Shown one piece after another: positions 1 to 13,428 of a DNA stretch of 64,000 nt (within the stretch, counting starts at the first letter, position 1; each line of letters opens with the position of its first letter). This stretch comes from Eledone cirrhosa (taxonomy: Eukaryota): NCBI GenBank assembly GCA_964016885.1, contig OZ024746.1:45756001-45820000 (forward strand). Direction: 5' to 3'. Below the pieces are notes generated by a model. The model did no database searches. It was given only the letters and a program-made list of their open reading frames with translations, and was not told the DNA's origin. The position numbers were made by a program, and so were the translations under genes.

Positions 1-119
1 CAACATCATTCACAAAGAAAAGTTGTCTCAACTTTCAACAAATTCGTATCCTTGTTATTAGTGGATTTGAGCTTTACGAAGAAATCTTGGATCATAAGAT
101 GCTTCTGAAAAATCACTTA

Positions 120-230
120 AACACACACACTCACGCATACACACAAATGCACACACACACATGCACACACATACACACAAACAAATACGCACACACACAC
201 TCACATACAAATGCACACACACACATACAT
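120..230. repeat. Imperfect (CA)n microsatellite
   Basis: Direct: CA-rich run; explains the H/T-rich ORF 87..287. Confidence 0.9.
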
Positions 231-1138
231 GCTTACATATTCAATGGAAATCTCAATGAAATACATATCATTTTTATAGTATTTTAAGCATAAGTTGAAA
301 TGCAAAGGTAAGATTTGAATATACACAAATACATGTTTACTGATATACATCGATAAAGAAATGGATAAAACAAGATATTCTTACCTATTACTATTTTTAC
401 TTTTATTACCATGCTCTCTGTCAAAAAACTTTCATGATTTACTATATCCTATAACTTTTGTCTACAACATATTTTCTCATCGATAGATATTCATAGAATA
501 TATCTTCATCTCTTCATATTCATAAGCTTTCGCTCATCTTCTTGTACAATAAACCTAGAATCTCCTCATTATTTTTGCATTTAATAGTTTTTTTTAGTTT
601 ACAGTCATAGCAAAGTTATATAATATCCAAAAGTTAGATATTCTTCCAAATTATTGTGAAATGTTTACACAAAAAATACTAAACAGCTAATAAAAATATC
701 ACACAGCAGATTCAACCAATAATCATCTAAGTATTATTTTTGATTCTCCAATAAATCATGGAAAATTTCTTTTTCTGGTTATATTTTTGCAACTTCGTGT
801 CTTACCCTTTACATGTGTACTTAGAGTTAAATCAATTGACAAAACAAAACTGACATGTGACAGAAGTTCATCTATTCCTTCAGGCATGAGATTTTGAAGA
901 GAAATCCAATGATGGGAGTGTGGTGGAAATGAGAGAGATAGGAAAGCGGCATCTTGCTTTCTGGGGGTAGGGTGCGATCCCACAGTGGGAGGTGGAGTGG
1001 GAAGATGAAGTATTTGCATATATATATATATAAATACACACACACATATATATATACTATATATAGTATATATATATAATATATATATATATATATCTTA
1101 TATATATATATATATTATATATATACTATATATATAAT

Positions 1139-1320
1139 TGTTTCTACTTTTGGGACAAGGCCAGCAATTACCCAGTGTATTACTGTTACTTTATTTTATC
1201 GACCCCGTAAGGATGAAAGACAAAGTTAACCTCGGCGGGATTTGAACTCAGAATGGCAAGGGGCGTAACTCTATGCGTCAAAGCATGGTGTCCGACCCTC
1301 TACTGATACTGTCAATCCAC
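1139..1320 (-). mobile_element. tRNA-derived SINE, family A
   Basis: Minus strand has B-box GAGTTCAAATCC followed by TTTCATCCTTACGGGGTCGATAAAATAAAGTA. Similar copies at about 17397-17610, 19824-19992 (-), 22290-22440 (+), with fragments at 8805-8880, 17145-17220 and 20475-20570. Confidence 0.8.
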
Positions 1321-1321
1321 T

Positions 1322-1376
<55 letters not shown>

Positions 1377-1439
1377 ACATATATATATGTGTGTGCGTAT
1401 GTATATATATATATATACACACACACACACGCATATGCA

Positions 1440-2440
1440 CATCATCATCGTTTAACGTCTATCTTCCACACTAGCATGGGTCAGATGGGTTAGTCCCACT
1501 TGAGGCAAGTTGGGTCAGGTGACCATGTCTCGCTTGTATAGAACTGTTTCTGGCTGGTTTTCTATGGCTGGATGCCCTTCCTAGCGCCAACCACACAGTG
1601 TGAACTGGGTGCTTTTTGTTGTGACACCTACATGACCACTTTAGTGTGGGCTGGATGTTTTGTCGTATCAACATAACTTTACAGAGAAAGGGTGGTGTCG
1701 GCGGAAGTGGGAGGATGGAGTAGGAGGTGTGGGATAGGGTGTACACTGGGTTAAGAGGTGCCTACTGACTGTAGGTTTAAGTTTGTAAGTAAGGGAAGGC
1801 GGGTCTTCTGTATTACTACATAGCGCCAAAGATCTCGATCGAGTGACATTGTCTTAGAGAGGTGCAAGTGTGCAAGGTCAGTTTTTATCACCTCGTCCCA
1901 GGTTTTTTTTATCCTACCTACTCCGTAGTTTCCATCAATTTTGATTGCCCTGCACATTTTTTATACAGCTGCTGTCCTTCATTCGCATCACATGACCATA
2001 TCATATCAACGTAATCTCCTCTCTAGTAAACTGCATCTGATCCCTGTTATTCGTAATTTCTCACTTAAATCGTTTACGTTTTGCCGTTCCTGTATATTAC
2101 TATTCACATCCATCGGAGCATGCATGCTTCGTTCCTTTCCAGTCTGCACAGATCTTCTGCACACAATGCCCAGGTCTCACTGCCATGTAACATTGCTGTT
2201 CGTATATAAGCATCATACAATCTGCCTTTCATTTTTAGAGAGAACTCTTTTGTGGCAAGCAGTAGTATTAGCTCTCTGAACTTTTTCTATCCCATTCTAA
2301 ATCTGGCTACTGTACTTTCAGAACACCCTCCTCCACTGCTGATTTTGTCACCTAGGTAACGGTAAGTGTCTACTATTTCTATAGAACCATCTGGGCAGTT
2401 GAAGAAGTTAGTATCCAGCGGGCACTTGCTACTTACTGCA
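1440..2440 (-). mobile_element. Degenerate RTE-clade LINE, 3' portion
   Basis: Broken peptides (YRYLGDKISSGGGCSES; GRIKKTWDEVIKTDL; DRDLWR) match the 14-16 kb element; (GAT)n tail at 1440. Confidence 0.85.
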
Positions 2441-2479
2441 TATATATATATATCATCATCATCATGTTCCTGCAATTTA

Positions 2480-2850
2480 TGCAGCCAGTCATTGGGGTGC
2501 CACTCTAGATGCTTTTGCAGTCAGTCATTACCATTGGTCTCTATTTTCCATCATGCATAGAAGGGTCTCAGTTTTATAACCAGTCTAGTCATTGATGTTG
2601 TTGGACCAAGATTTTCTTTTATTTACCCTCCTCGACTGTTTTCCTTTTATTTACCCTCCCTCGACTGTGCCCTGAAAGATGGTTTTGGACAAGGAATTGT
2701 GGCTGGATATATACCATACTAGGCAAACTTCTATCTTTTCATCATTGCAAGGAGTGGTTCCTGTCTGCCAGCATATTTGTAAACTTGCTGCCTGACAAAG
2801 CTGTTTGTTTTGTGCTCTATGTATGGATTCTTCATTCCATCTCAGCTGGA
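2480..2850 (-). mobile_element. RTE/BovB-like LINE 3' fragment
   Basis: Translation WYISSHNSLSKTIFQGTVEGG resembles the RTE ORF C-terminus. Confidence 0.65.
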
Positions 2851-3529
2851 AGAGTCCAACTCTCACACCCATACAAAAAGATATATGTATATAAAGGAAC
2901 AAAAGATGAAATAGAAAGATGGACAGTGAGAAGAGGAAGGAATGGAAAAAAGGTTTTGACAAAAATGCATGTGTATTCAGACAGCCATTTTGGAAATAAA
3001 AAATATATATATATATATAAACTTGTACACTCATATCTACAAAGAGAGAAAGTGAGAGAGAGAGAGATCTTCTCAAGTTTTATAAGTTAGGCAATAATGT
3101 AATGGTTATGTTTCAAAAAAATAAATGGAGAGAATATGTGCTTAAATGGGTCAGATGAATAGAAAAATTATTAATCTATTTGGACATGAAGGAAGAGATA
3201 AAACTAAAAACACATGTAAAAACTTTATCAATGCAATTTACTATTTTGATCAAAAGTTAAATGAACTGACAAAAATGAGTAACAATAAAATAATTGATTA
3301 TTTTTGAAATGACAATGTTTGAGGTTCTATTTTAGATTCCCACTGATTCTGATTGATTTTGTTGAAAACTGTCCAGTATTTCTAGCAAAATAAAGCATTA
3401 CTAAGTCTATTGTCTAACCTTTCTAGATATCTTATGTACGTCCATTTTCCTGCATTGTAGTCTGACTAAATGTTCTAAAATAAACAATGTTTAATAAGTA
3501 GACTTGGGTATTTCCAATTATGTTTGAAT

Positions 3530-3870
3530 TCATCATCACATCAAAATCATTGTTTTTACATCTGTTTTTCTATGCTTGCATGGGTTGGGTGGGTCATTTT
3601 CAGCACAGCATCTCTCCATATGCTATGTTCCTTCATCATCTCCACTGAGTCTCAGTGACATGGGATCAGCTCTTACGTCATCTGTCCAGGTCTTCCTTGG
3701 TCTACCTCTACTGTGGCTTCCTTACACTGGGATTTCTTGGTGCTTCACCCAGCGATCATCATACATGTCCATACAAATGCAGTCTTCTCTCTTCCACACC
3801 ACTTCGGATTCCTCTTAAATCCAGTTCCTCCCTCAGTTAATCCAGGCTCTGCCTTTCTCTCATATTTACA
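3530..3870 (-). mobile_element. RTE-clade LINE 3' fragment
   Basis: Similar to 32912-33320 (-) and 18860-19030 (+); minus strand encodes a GRPRKTW-type C-terminus followed by a GAT-repeat tail. Confidence 0.7.
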
Positions 3871-3969
3871 TTGAACTGAAATCTATCTGAAGGTCAAAAT
3901 AACCAAAGTACATTTCGTTTACATTATATTTCTCAAAATTTCAATATTGGACACTAAGGACAATTATTA

Positions 3970-4300
3970 ACTGGGAATTAAAGCCAACATGGTCAGAATG
4001 TCTCAGGAAAGAATCACTGGACAGATTTTACGGATAAAACCAGCCAGTAGGAGACCCAGGGGCAAACTCTGGATGACATCCATGAGTTTGGCTGGTCATG
4101 TTTGGGGTTCCAAGCAGATCAATTGAAGACAGTGCTTCTGACAGGACCTGCTGGATGGAATGTTTGAAGACTGTCTCTACAACACTCCTAGGAATAAGAG
4201 GATGAAGGAGGAGAAGGAGAGGGAGGGATGGAGGAGGTGGAGGAGTAGAAGGAGGAGGAGGTGGAGAAGAAGAAGAAGAAGAAGAAGAAGAAGAAGAAGG
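3970..4300 (+). mobile_element. LINE 3' fragment ending in a (GGA)n/(GAA)n tail
   Basis: A related copy lies on the minus strand at about 58975-59240; the tail explains the poly-Arg ORF 4160..4426. Confidence 0.6.
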
Positions 4301-4327
4301 ATTATTTTTCTGGCTGGAGTTCTAAAT

Positions 4328-4435
4328 TACCATTTATACTCATGTATAAGCCAAAATGAATATAAGTTGACCCCCACCCCCATTTTATGTCGGAAAAATG
4401 GGCAAAACTCCAAACAGTGTGTATAAACCAAGGCA
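4328..4435. mobile_element. Possible pogo/Tc2-like DNA transposon end
   Basis: TACCATTTATACTCATGTATAAGCC...TATAAG resembles pogo-type termini; no partner TIR found. Confidence 0.3.
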
Positions 4436-5269
4436 GCTAATCAACATAAGTTTAGATAGTGCAGTTTTGTAAATTACCTCAAATGGAAAATATCTTTATG
4501 AAGTTTTATTATTTTGACATCTAAAATAATTTTAAGTGTTGTTTAGAATATAGTTTTTGTTTCACAACTCCATTACATAATGATTTTTTATGATTTCATC
4601 CATTTATTTCTCAAATTTGTGTTTACTTCCTTTTAACAGTTAACAATAGCTCCAATTTCTAAATGTAACCAACATTTATTTAATATAAAAATCGAATCTA
4701 ATGCATGCCTTAATAAAATTCTGAAAATGTAGTAAAATAGTGTTTTTTTTGCAGAGTAATCAATCCAGATATTTTTGTACCTTTTATGAATATATATATA
4801 TATCTGTATGTATACATATATATATATGTATCTATGTATATATGTGAGTGGTGTGTGAATGTGTATGTATATGTACCATCATCTTCATCATCATGTAATG
4901 TCCACTTTCCTTGCAAGTAAGGGTTGGACAGGTTTTCACAAATCGAGTCAGTACTGAAACAAGGTTCCTAACTGTCCAGATAGGATTGGGGTTTGCATCT
5001 CACATACATATAGCTCCATGTTCTACCAAGCACATTTTATTATGCCACCAGCACTAGAGAGGTTGTCATGTCATTGACACAACTAGTGGGTCTTTCTAAC
5101 CCTTCGTTTGGTAACCCTTTTATGATTGGATGCCATAGGGTGTACTAGGTGCATTTAGCATGTAGATCACCAAATACTAGGGAGGATGACATGTCCTGAA
5201 CATAACTGAGGGGTCCTCCCAACCCTTTGTTTGTTTAGCCTCATCATCATGCCAAATTTCTTTGGGAAA

Positions 5270-6200
5270 TGTTGATAATTATACTTCGCCACTTGTTCCT
5301 ATGCAGCATGGCTTTCTAAGATTCATATCTTTTCAAACTTACTCCATAAACATAGCATAAGACCAACCTCTTGTTCTTTTACCATATGTAAGTTCCCATA
5401 GCACTAAATGGTGTAATGCCTCAGCCTATTCTTTTCATTATACATGACCTTTATGATGTCTGAAATCAGCCTAAGGTCACTTGTTTGTTATTTGCTCCCT
5501 TCAATATACATTTTGCACTTTCCTCAGTAGTTTTGTATATGTGCCATCTAACTGTCTTCTGCATCTCTTTTGTAGGTACTTTCAACTGTTGATCGAAAGA
5601 ACTTAACCTTTAGTTTGGTGTTCAAATGACATCCATTTTTTTTTTGCAACTATCCAGGCTAAGTTAATTCTAGTGCTCATGTCTTTTTCTAAGGTGTTGA
5701 TCCATGAACCAAGACACCTAAATCCTCAACTCTTTTCAGTTAATTTCCATTTTGTGACACAATATCACCCTTTTTCTGGTTGTATGCAATATATTCTGTC
5801 TTCTCATTTATGTAAAGTCTAATTGTTTCAGCAACCCATTCCTGCCTCTGTATTTTTTAAGCAGATGCCTGATAAGAGTGCAACATCATCTGCAAAATCA
5901 ATGGATGTCTAGTATTACATCAAGGATGAAGTGTAAATCCTGTTTAATGAGTATAATATTTAGCTCATCTCATTGTATAGTCAAGTCTTAATATGAAGAG
6001 GAATGGAGCTAGTGAATCTCCTTGAAGAAAAATTGCTTTCAGTATTTAGAACAGATGCATCATATCCTTGCATATCATAAGAAGAAACAAAGAATCTGAA
6101 TCCCAGGAAGTACATATGGTTGTAAAACATTGCATCAAAAAGGATCCTATGATGAGTATGAAGCATACTCTGCAAGGCTCACCTGCTTTAGTAAAGAAAG
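5270..6200 (-). mobile_element. Old, frameshifted LINE RT remnant (RTE/RTE-X-like)
   Basis: Minus-strand motifs LQGDSLAPFLFI (about 5990-6030), IDFADDVALLS (about 5872-5902) and CLGSW (about 5702-5716) occur in the order expected for an RT domain. Confidence 0.7.
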
Positions 6201-7008
6201 TGATCTTCAAACATTTGTTATAAAGATGTGATTATCATTGTCATCCTCCTCATCATTTAACATCCATTTCCCGTGCTAGCATAGCTTGGACTGTAAATAT
6301 ATTTACATATATAGAGAGAAAGTAAAAACCAGTCACAGCAACACACACTTTATATATATATAATCACTGTTTTCTATGTATATATATATATATGTGTGTG
6401 TGTGTGTAATATTTTCTATGAATAGTAATTATTTACTTTGAAGTTGTGCTGGTACAGACTTCTCAACTATTTTGACAAGCCAACAGCCAAAAAATCATCA
6501 ATATAAACACTCATTATTATTATTAAATACACTTCAGTATGCAGACCTACAAAACAAGCAATATTATATATATAAATATATGTATATATAGAGATGTCTT
6601 CTACATCATCACCTTTTAACATCCTCTTAAGAGATGATAATAATGCAATTGATGACTTCATAGCATAAACTATGCTTTTGCTGATACTTTTACGTGACCA
6701 TATAGTCATGAACAAATACAGATATTCATTATATTTCAATCAGAAATGTCAAACAGAAAAATCCCTGGTGACAATTGTTTCATAAATGTTGCATAATGCT
6801 AACTTTTTGAAGATACAATAAGAAATATCACTTTTTTCTATTTTAAAAAGTATAAATTTTTGTGGCAATGTGAGAAATGTGAACTAATTATGACACCAGT
6901 GTAGTGATTTCCTATTACCTCTGATTTAGTTGACCTCTGGTAACTTGAAATACCAAGATTGTGCAATGGGATGCATATGGTATCAACTTAATCATTATCA
7001 CTTCTTAA

Positions 7009-7215
7009 GCCTCTAGCATTTACATTTCTCTATATATACTATTATATTTTCACAGTAAAGTCTTACCTCACATAATATCGAATCTATGAGATTTTGATAT
7101 TATTTATTTTGAGAACAATAACTTAACATCAGTATGAGCAGCCAGTTATGGCTGGTTTGAACAGAAAGAGGTGAGAGAATTCTGACCGGATACAGCTGGT
7201 TTAAATGCTGAAGTG
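7009..7215. mobile_element. piggyBac-like MITE (degenerate copy)
   Basis: TTAA on both sides, TIR related to CCCTTTAGCATTTA; same family as 22871-23060 and 32505-32714. Confidence 0.7.
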
Positions 7216-7372
7216 TTAATTATTTAACAGTGTGAGTGTGTGTCTGGAGACACACCAGATCAGAACACAAAGGAACCAATATGAGGAATTATCATTGTAT
7301 ATTTATTTAATAATTTAAAATTGTAATATTTATTTGTGAAAGAATTATGTGATTATTACAATTATGCTATGT

Positions 7373-7570
7373 GGAAGAGTGCGGTCTTGTGGTAAATGTG
7401 TTGAACTTAGGATCATGATGTTATGGGTTCGACTCCTGTGTTGTGTTCTTGAGCAAAACTCTTCATTTTCTGTTGCTCCAGCATACTCAGCTGAAAATGA
7501 GCATCAGCAATAGCTGGGGGTTTAACCCTGTCATGGAATGACATCCTGTCCAAGGGAGAGTATTGAGCCT
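7373..7570 (+). mobile_element. Degenerate tRNA-derived SINE related to family B
   Basis: GGGTTCGACTCC B-box, then TTCTTGAGCAAAACT...TTGCTCCAG...CTCAGCTG as in family B. Confidence 0.65.
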
Positions 7571-7749
7571 CAGGGCTCAAGATAGACTTCAGACTCTAGA
7601 TAATTATACTATAATCTATTGATGTGTAAGTGTGCATTTATCTTGAATAATAAATAGCTTGTGGAATATTTGTTTCCGTGTAGGATGGCTTTCAACTAAA
7701 TTTAATGGAGACCTAACATTTGCTGCTGTCAACTCTAAAAGATTATATC

Positions 7750-7915
7750 TGAGATCAAAGGCATTTCTGTCATGATCATCCGTTTTTGAAATATACAGGA
7801 CTGCATACTCTCATATGCTCTTTTGTTATTTGAGACAGTAGGGTGTGATTTGAGGTAGATACTGCTGTTATTTCTAGCAGGTAGAGTGAATATGTAGAGG
7901 CTCTCTCATTTGCTC
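7750..7915 (+). repeat. Dispersed repeat; uninterrupted counterpart of the repeat at 33960-34101
   Basis: Shares GTAGGGT.TGATTT...TATTTCT..CAGG...ATGTAGAGGCTC with the flanks of the hAT/satellite element. Confidence 0.6.
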
Positions 7916-9325
7916 ATAACGAATAGGTAGCTAATTGTAAGTTACACTCTTGATAGTTGTTTTGAATTTAAGAACTATCTATATTCATATATTCTTGCAG
8001 ATGATTATTTTGTACTCACACATTCAAGTTATTTGGTTCAGTTTCATTCAAGTTAGACTGTTAGCAAATAAAAACATTGATTCTAAAGCTATGTATAATT
8101 TCTTAAACGCAATTAGTTAAAATGTACAATGCTTTTATCTTTTCTTTTAAGTATTATACAGATAATTTTAAAGAGAATATAGTTTAAAAGCTATTCACTG
8201 AATCACGTGATGACTGGTTGTATCAAAAAGTGAAAATGGTGGAGATTTCTTTAAATACACAAATAACAATGGTCAACAAAATTTTGCTTTTTTCTGCTGA
8301 CCGAAGTTTGAGACCTGTTCTTGAGTAATTTGGGACTGCTGAGTTAAAAATAACAATACGTTTTGTCTATCACGTCAAATTTTTTATCTATGAGTGGTCC
8401 ATATTGGCTCTCACCCATAGCTACAAGAGATAGCGATCGTTGATCCAATATATTTTGAAGAGTTGTTTGGGACAAAAAGATCCAAGTCAGTGTGCCAAAG
8501 AAGTGTCTTATAAGCCACATAAATTAACAATGCAAGTACAAAGTTAGCAATATTAGTTTCATGCTGAAATGAAGAAAGTTTTAGAAATGTTCTTATGTTT
8601 CAAACCGTTTGTTCCTAATCAAAGGAAAAATGAAAAAGAATATAAGAAATGAAAAGAGGAATAAAAGTTCCATAACTGAAACACATGGCTGCAGCACATT
8701 CAAGTTAGTTTATAATCATGATTATAAATTAACTTTGCATATGCTTAAACCATTCAACCTTTTTCTCTTTTCTCCATTCCTTCTTTTTTTTTTTAGTTCA
8801 GATCCATTGAGGTCAATGTGCCTTTCATCCTTCTGATGGAGATAAAATAAAGTACCAGTCAAGTAATGGGGTGGATTTAATCAATTTTCTCCTTGTATCT
8901 AGATTGGAAACCATTCTTTCTTTCTTTTTTTCTTTGATGAACGAAAAAAATTTAGAAACCTTTGATTATTCTTAAAACTCTCTTCATTTCAGCATAAATA
9001 TAATATAATAAACATTGTATTTAGTTTGTTTGTTTGTATAGTTTTTAAGATGCTTTCTCTGTCCTTGTCCCAGTTGTACACATTGTAAGAATGCACCAGT
9101 CCATAGTAGTTTCAACACAACTGACACTGCTAAAAGGAGTGATACCATTAGTAAGTACTAGCAGAAAAACCACCCTTCAGGTGGTTTTCTGCTAGTACTT
9201 TTCTGCATCGTCCCTGGTTTATATACATATTTATGTATATATATATATATATATAAACCCATGCTAGCGTGGAAGAATGGACGTAAAACGGTGATGATGA
9301 TGATGATGATGATATATACATATAT

Positions 9326-9418
<93 letters not shown>

Positions 9419-9457
9419 TATATAAATTTATACATATATATTTATGTATATATGTAT

Positions 9458-9803
9458 CATCATCATCATCATTTTATGTCCACTTTTTTGCAAGGGTGGG
9501 ACAGGAACTGATTCTGGCTTGATTTCTACAGCTGGATGCCCTTCCTAACACCAACCTCATTTGCTGGGTGCTTTTTTTTTCTGTGGCACCTACAGGCCTA
9601 CTTTACAGTGTGGGCTGGGTGATTTTTTGCCAAAGCACCTCCACGACCACTTGACAGTGGAATGATAGGGACCCCAGTCCTATTATCTCATTTCTACAGC
9701 TGAGTAAACTGGAGCAATGTGAAATAAAGTGTCTTGCTCAAGGAAACAACACATCACCCGGTCTGAGAATTGAACTCACAACCTTTCGATTGCAAGGCCA
9801 ATG
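9458..9803 (-). mobile_element. SINE family B, 5'-truncated
   Basis: Closely similar to 11144-11482; the head is cut by a (TA)n tract. Confidence 0.85.
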
Positions 9804-9831
9804 TATATATATATATATATACATGTATATA

Positions 9832-10385
9832 TCATCATCATCATCATCATCGTTTAACGTCCATGTTCCACGCTTGCATGGGTTTGGACGGGAGTTTTCC
9901 CACTTGAGGCAAGAGTGGTTGTCTTGCTCGCATAGGACTGTCTGGCGGGTTTTCTACAGCTGGATGCCCTTCCTAACACCAACCACATTTACAGTGTGGG
10001 GCTGGGAGGTTTTGATCGTGTTGCCTACACGGCCACATTACAGCGTGGACTGTGTGTTTTTTTGTCGTGACACCTACACGATCTCATTTGTTTTGGCCTG
10101 GATGTTGTGGCACCAATATAACTTTACATTGGAAGGGGCGGTGTGGATGGGGTGGGGGTGGTGGGACGGGGGTGTATTTTGTTAGAGATGCCTACTGACT
10201 GTAATAGGTTTTACTTTGTAAGGCGGGTCTTCTCTATTACTGAGTACCGCCAAAGATCTCAGTCCAGTGACATTATCTTGGAGAGGTGTAAGTGTGTGAG
10301 GTCGGAATTTATCAGGTCGTCCCAGGTTTTTCTGGGTCTGCTTACTCCGTGGCTACCGTCTATCTTTATTGCCTTGCACTTTATG
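9832..10385 (-). mobile_element. RTE-clade LINE 3' fragment
   Basis: [28 protein letters not shown] plus the 3' UTR and GAT tail seen at 1440-2440. Confidence 0.8.
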
Positions 10386-10404
10386 TATATATATATATAC
10401 ACAC

Positions 10405-10447
<43 letters not shown>

Positions 10448-10459
10448 CACACACATACA

Positions 10460-10491
<32 letters not shown>

Positions 10492-10549
10492 CATACATAT
10501 ATATGTCTTGGTGGACTTAACCATGTTTGATTGAATATAACCACCGAGG

Positions 10550-10660
10550 GCAAGAAATTGAGTACCAGACAGAGTAATATAGTTGACATATAATCAACTA
10601 AAACCTTTGAAGATGGTGCTCCAGCATGGCCACAGTTCAATGCCTAAAACCTGTAAAAGA
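10550..10660 (+). mobile_element. SINE 3' fragment
   Basis: GAGTACCAG...GGTGCTCCAGCATGGCCACAGT...TAAAAGA resembles a common octopus SINE end (from memory, not searched). Confidence 0.5.
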
Positions 10661-10860
10661 GTACATGCAATCAGCAATTTCATTCTATCATCTTCAATAG
10701 CATATTCATGAGCTGATTGCAAGCAGCAGAAGATTGCTTTTGACGTATATCTATTCCTTTTAAAGATATTCATATTAATATATTTTCTGCATGTTCAAAA
10801 ATATGATTAGAAACAAATGCTTCGATAATAAACTATCAATTTTAATTATATTACGTCACC

Positions 10861-10895
<35 letters not shown>

Positions 10896-11012
10896 GAGAG
10901 ACGTAAAATAAGAAAATTATAAAATTAACTTACTTACTGTATATATATATATATACACACAGACTTATCTATATATAATTATATATACACACCCACACAC
11001 ACATACATATAT

Positions 11013-11061
<49 letters not shown>

Positions 11062-11143
11062 TATATATATATATACAAACCCACACACATATATATATAT
11101 ATATATATATACACACCTACACATACACACACATATATATATA

Positions 11144-11581
<438 letters not shown>

Positions 11582-11739
11582 ATACTTTGGGAGGGTCATG
11601 TTGCCAATAAGAAACACACGCACCAGTTGCTTTCACTTCAATTTATTATATATTTATAAATTTATAAATTTACAAATCTACAAATTTATAAATTTCTGGT
11701 TGGTTGGTTGGTTCCACAACCAGATAGTTGTTTATATAT

Positions 11740-11784
11740 AGTCATAGTCCTTTCGTCACACACTCTGTGACCTCTTCAGTGACT
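11740..11784 (-). ncRNA. Minimal type I hammerhead ribozyme motif
   Basis: Reverse complement of 12051-12095. Confidence 0.7.
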
Positions 11785-12050
11785 GGGGATTCCTTTCTTT
11801 GTTTCTGTGCCTTTCCTACGCCATTTTGTTTCTGTGTGAACACACACACAGAAACAAAATGTGTGAACACACACACAGAAACAAAATGGCGTAGGACAGA
11901 AGAAAGGAAAGGCACAGAAACAAAGAAAGGAATCCCCAGTCACTGAAGAGGTCACAGAGTGTGAACACAAAATGTGTGAACACACACACAGAAACAAAAT
12001 GGCGTAGGACAGAAGAAAGGAAAGGCACAGAAACAAAGAAAGAAATCCCC

Positions 12051-12095
12051 AGTCACTGAAGAGGTCACAGAGTGTGTGACGAAAGGACTATGACT
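12051..12095 (+). ncRNA. Minimal type I hammerhead ribozyme motif
   Basis: AGTCA-CTGAAGA-G-GTCACA(GAGTG)TGTGAC-GAAA-GGAC-TA^TGACT: 5-bp stem I, 6-bp stem II, both core boxes present. Confidence 0.7.
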
Positions 12096-12315
12096 ATATA
12101 TAAACAACTATCTGGTTGTGGAACCAACCAACCAACCAGAAATTTATAAATTTGTAGATTTGTAAATTTATAAATTTATAAATATATAATAAATTGAAGT
12201 GAAAGCAACTGGTGCGTGTGTTTCTTATTGGCAACATGACCCTCCCAAAGTATAACAATATCGGTTTCAACACACGATTTCAGATAAAGAATCTTGCTAA
12301 ACAAATTCAGAAACG

Positions 12316-12358
<43 letters not shown>

Positions 12359-12451
12359 TATTGAAGTTTCCGTTGAAAATTGAAAAAGTCATAGGAGTGA
12401 AGAGAGCTCTATGTAAGTTACAGAGCTAAATTTTATATATATATATATATA

Positions 12452-12893
12452 TATAATATATAAGATCAAAAGATGGTTAAAGGAGTTCCATGTATTTTAT
12501 TATGCGCATTTCAAAAACAAACATCATCATGCAATAATATTTGTGTGTTTTCATCAGATAAAACAGGAGGACAGGATATGAAGGCTAACTCATTCTTAAT
12601 ACATATTAACTCTTTCTTCGCACATATTATCAATTCCTTCAATATACAAACCTTAACTTCACATTATTTTTCTCAAATCCTTCAATACACAAACCTTAAT
12701 AATTTTTTCTCTTCGTTAATTTTCAAATTTCCATAATACTTGTTTTTGAAATGCGCATAATAAAATACATGGAACTCCTTTAACCATCTTTTGATCTTAT
12801 ATATTATGTATACTCCAGTCCTACAAACTGTAGAGTGCTTCTTATCCGATATCTGCATTGCTTTATTGTACTACAATAAAACTCACCTCCTAC
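12452..12893. mobile_element. ORF-less Penelope-like derivative with ~70-bp inverted arms and a 3' tail
   Basis: 12452-12520 is the reverse complement of 12739-12808; contains a hammerhead motif; (TA)n on both sides. Confidence 0.7.
12494..12564 (-). ncRNA. Type I hammerhead ribozyme motif
   Basis: Minus: GTTTTAT-CTGATGA-(long imperfect stem II)-GAAA-TGCGCA-TA^ATAAAAT; stem III is the palindrome ATGCGCAT. Confidence 0.7.
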
Positions 12894-12911
12894 ATATATA
12901 TATATATATAT

Positions 12912-13122
12912 ATTTGTATTTGTATTTTATCTGATGAAAGCGTACCAAAGTTTTTTGGTACCCTTGAAATATATATAATAGAATAAATATGGTTTTATAA
13001 ATATAGTTTCCATTTATTTAATATCATTGAATATTTACTCCAGAAATCTGTCGAGTGCTCTGAATCAGTTATAAACATTTATATTTGTTGTATTTCCAAC
13101 AAATTAAATATCCCTTCTACTT
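12912..13122 (+). mobile_element. 5'-truncated Penelope-like pLTR end
   Basis: Hammerhead followed by AATAAA and a tail (ACTCCAG...CTGTCGAGTGCT...CTAC) resembling 12812-12893; (TA)n on both sides. Confidence 0.65.
12923..12985 (+). ncRNA. Type I hammerhead ribozyme motif
   Basis: TATTTTAT-CTGATGA-AAGCGTACCAAA(GTTT)TTTGGTACCCTT-GAAA-TATATA-TA^ATAGAATA: 8-bp stem I with one G-U, stem II 11 of 12 bp, palindromic stem III. Confidence 0.75.
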
Positions 13123-13148
13123 ATATATATATATATATATATATACAT

Positions 13149-13181
<33 letters not shown>

Positions 13182-13190
13182 CACACACAC

Positions 13191-13264
<74 letters not shown>

Positions 13265-13289
13265 GCACATATATATATATACACACATA

Positions 13290-13365
<76 letters not shown>

Positions 13366-13428
13366 TATATATATATAGATATATATATATACACACTCAC
13401 ACATACACATATATATATATATGTGTGT
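13122..13428. repeat. Compound (TA)n/(CA)n microsatellite
   Basis: Direct. Confidence 0.95.

Noticed and set aside
4160-4426. Arg-rich protamine-like ORF
   Set aside because: Derived from the (GGA)n/(GAA)n tail of a LINE fragment.
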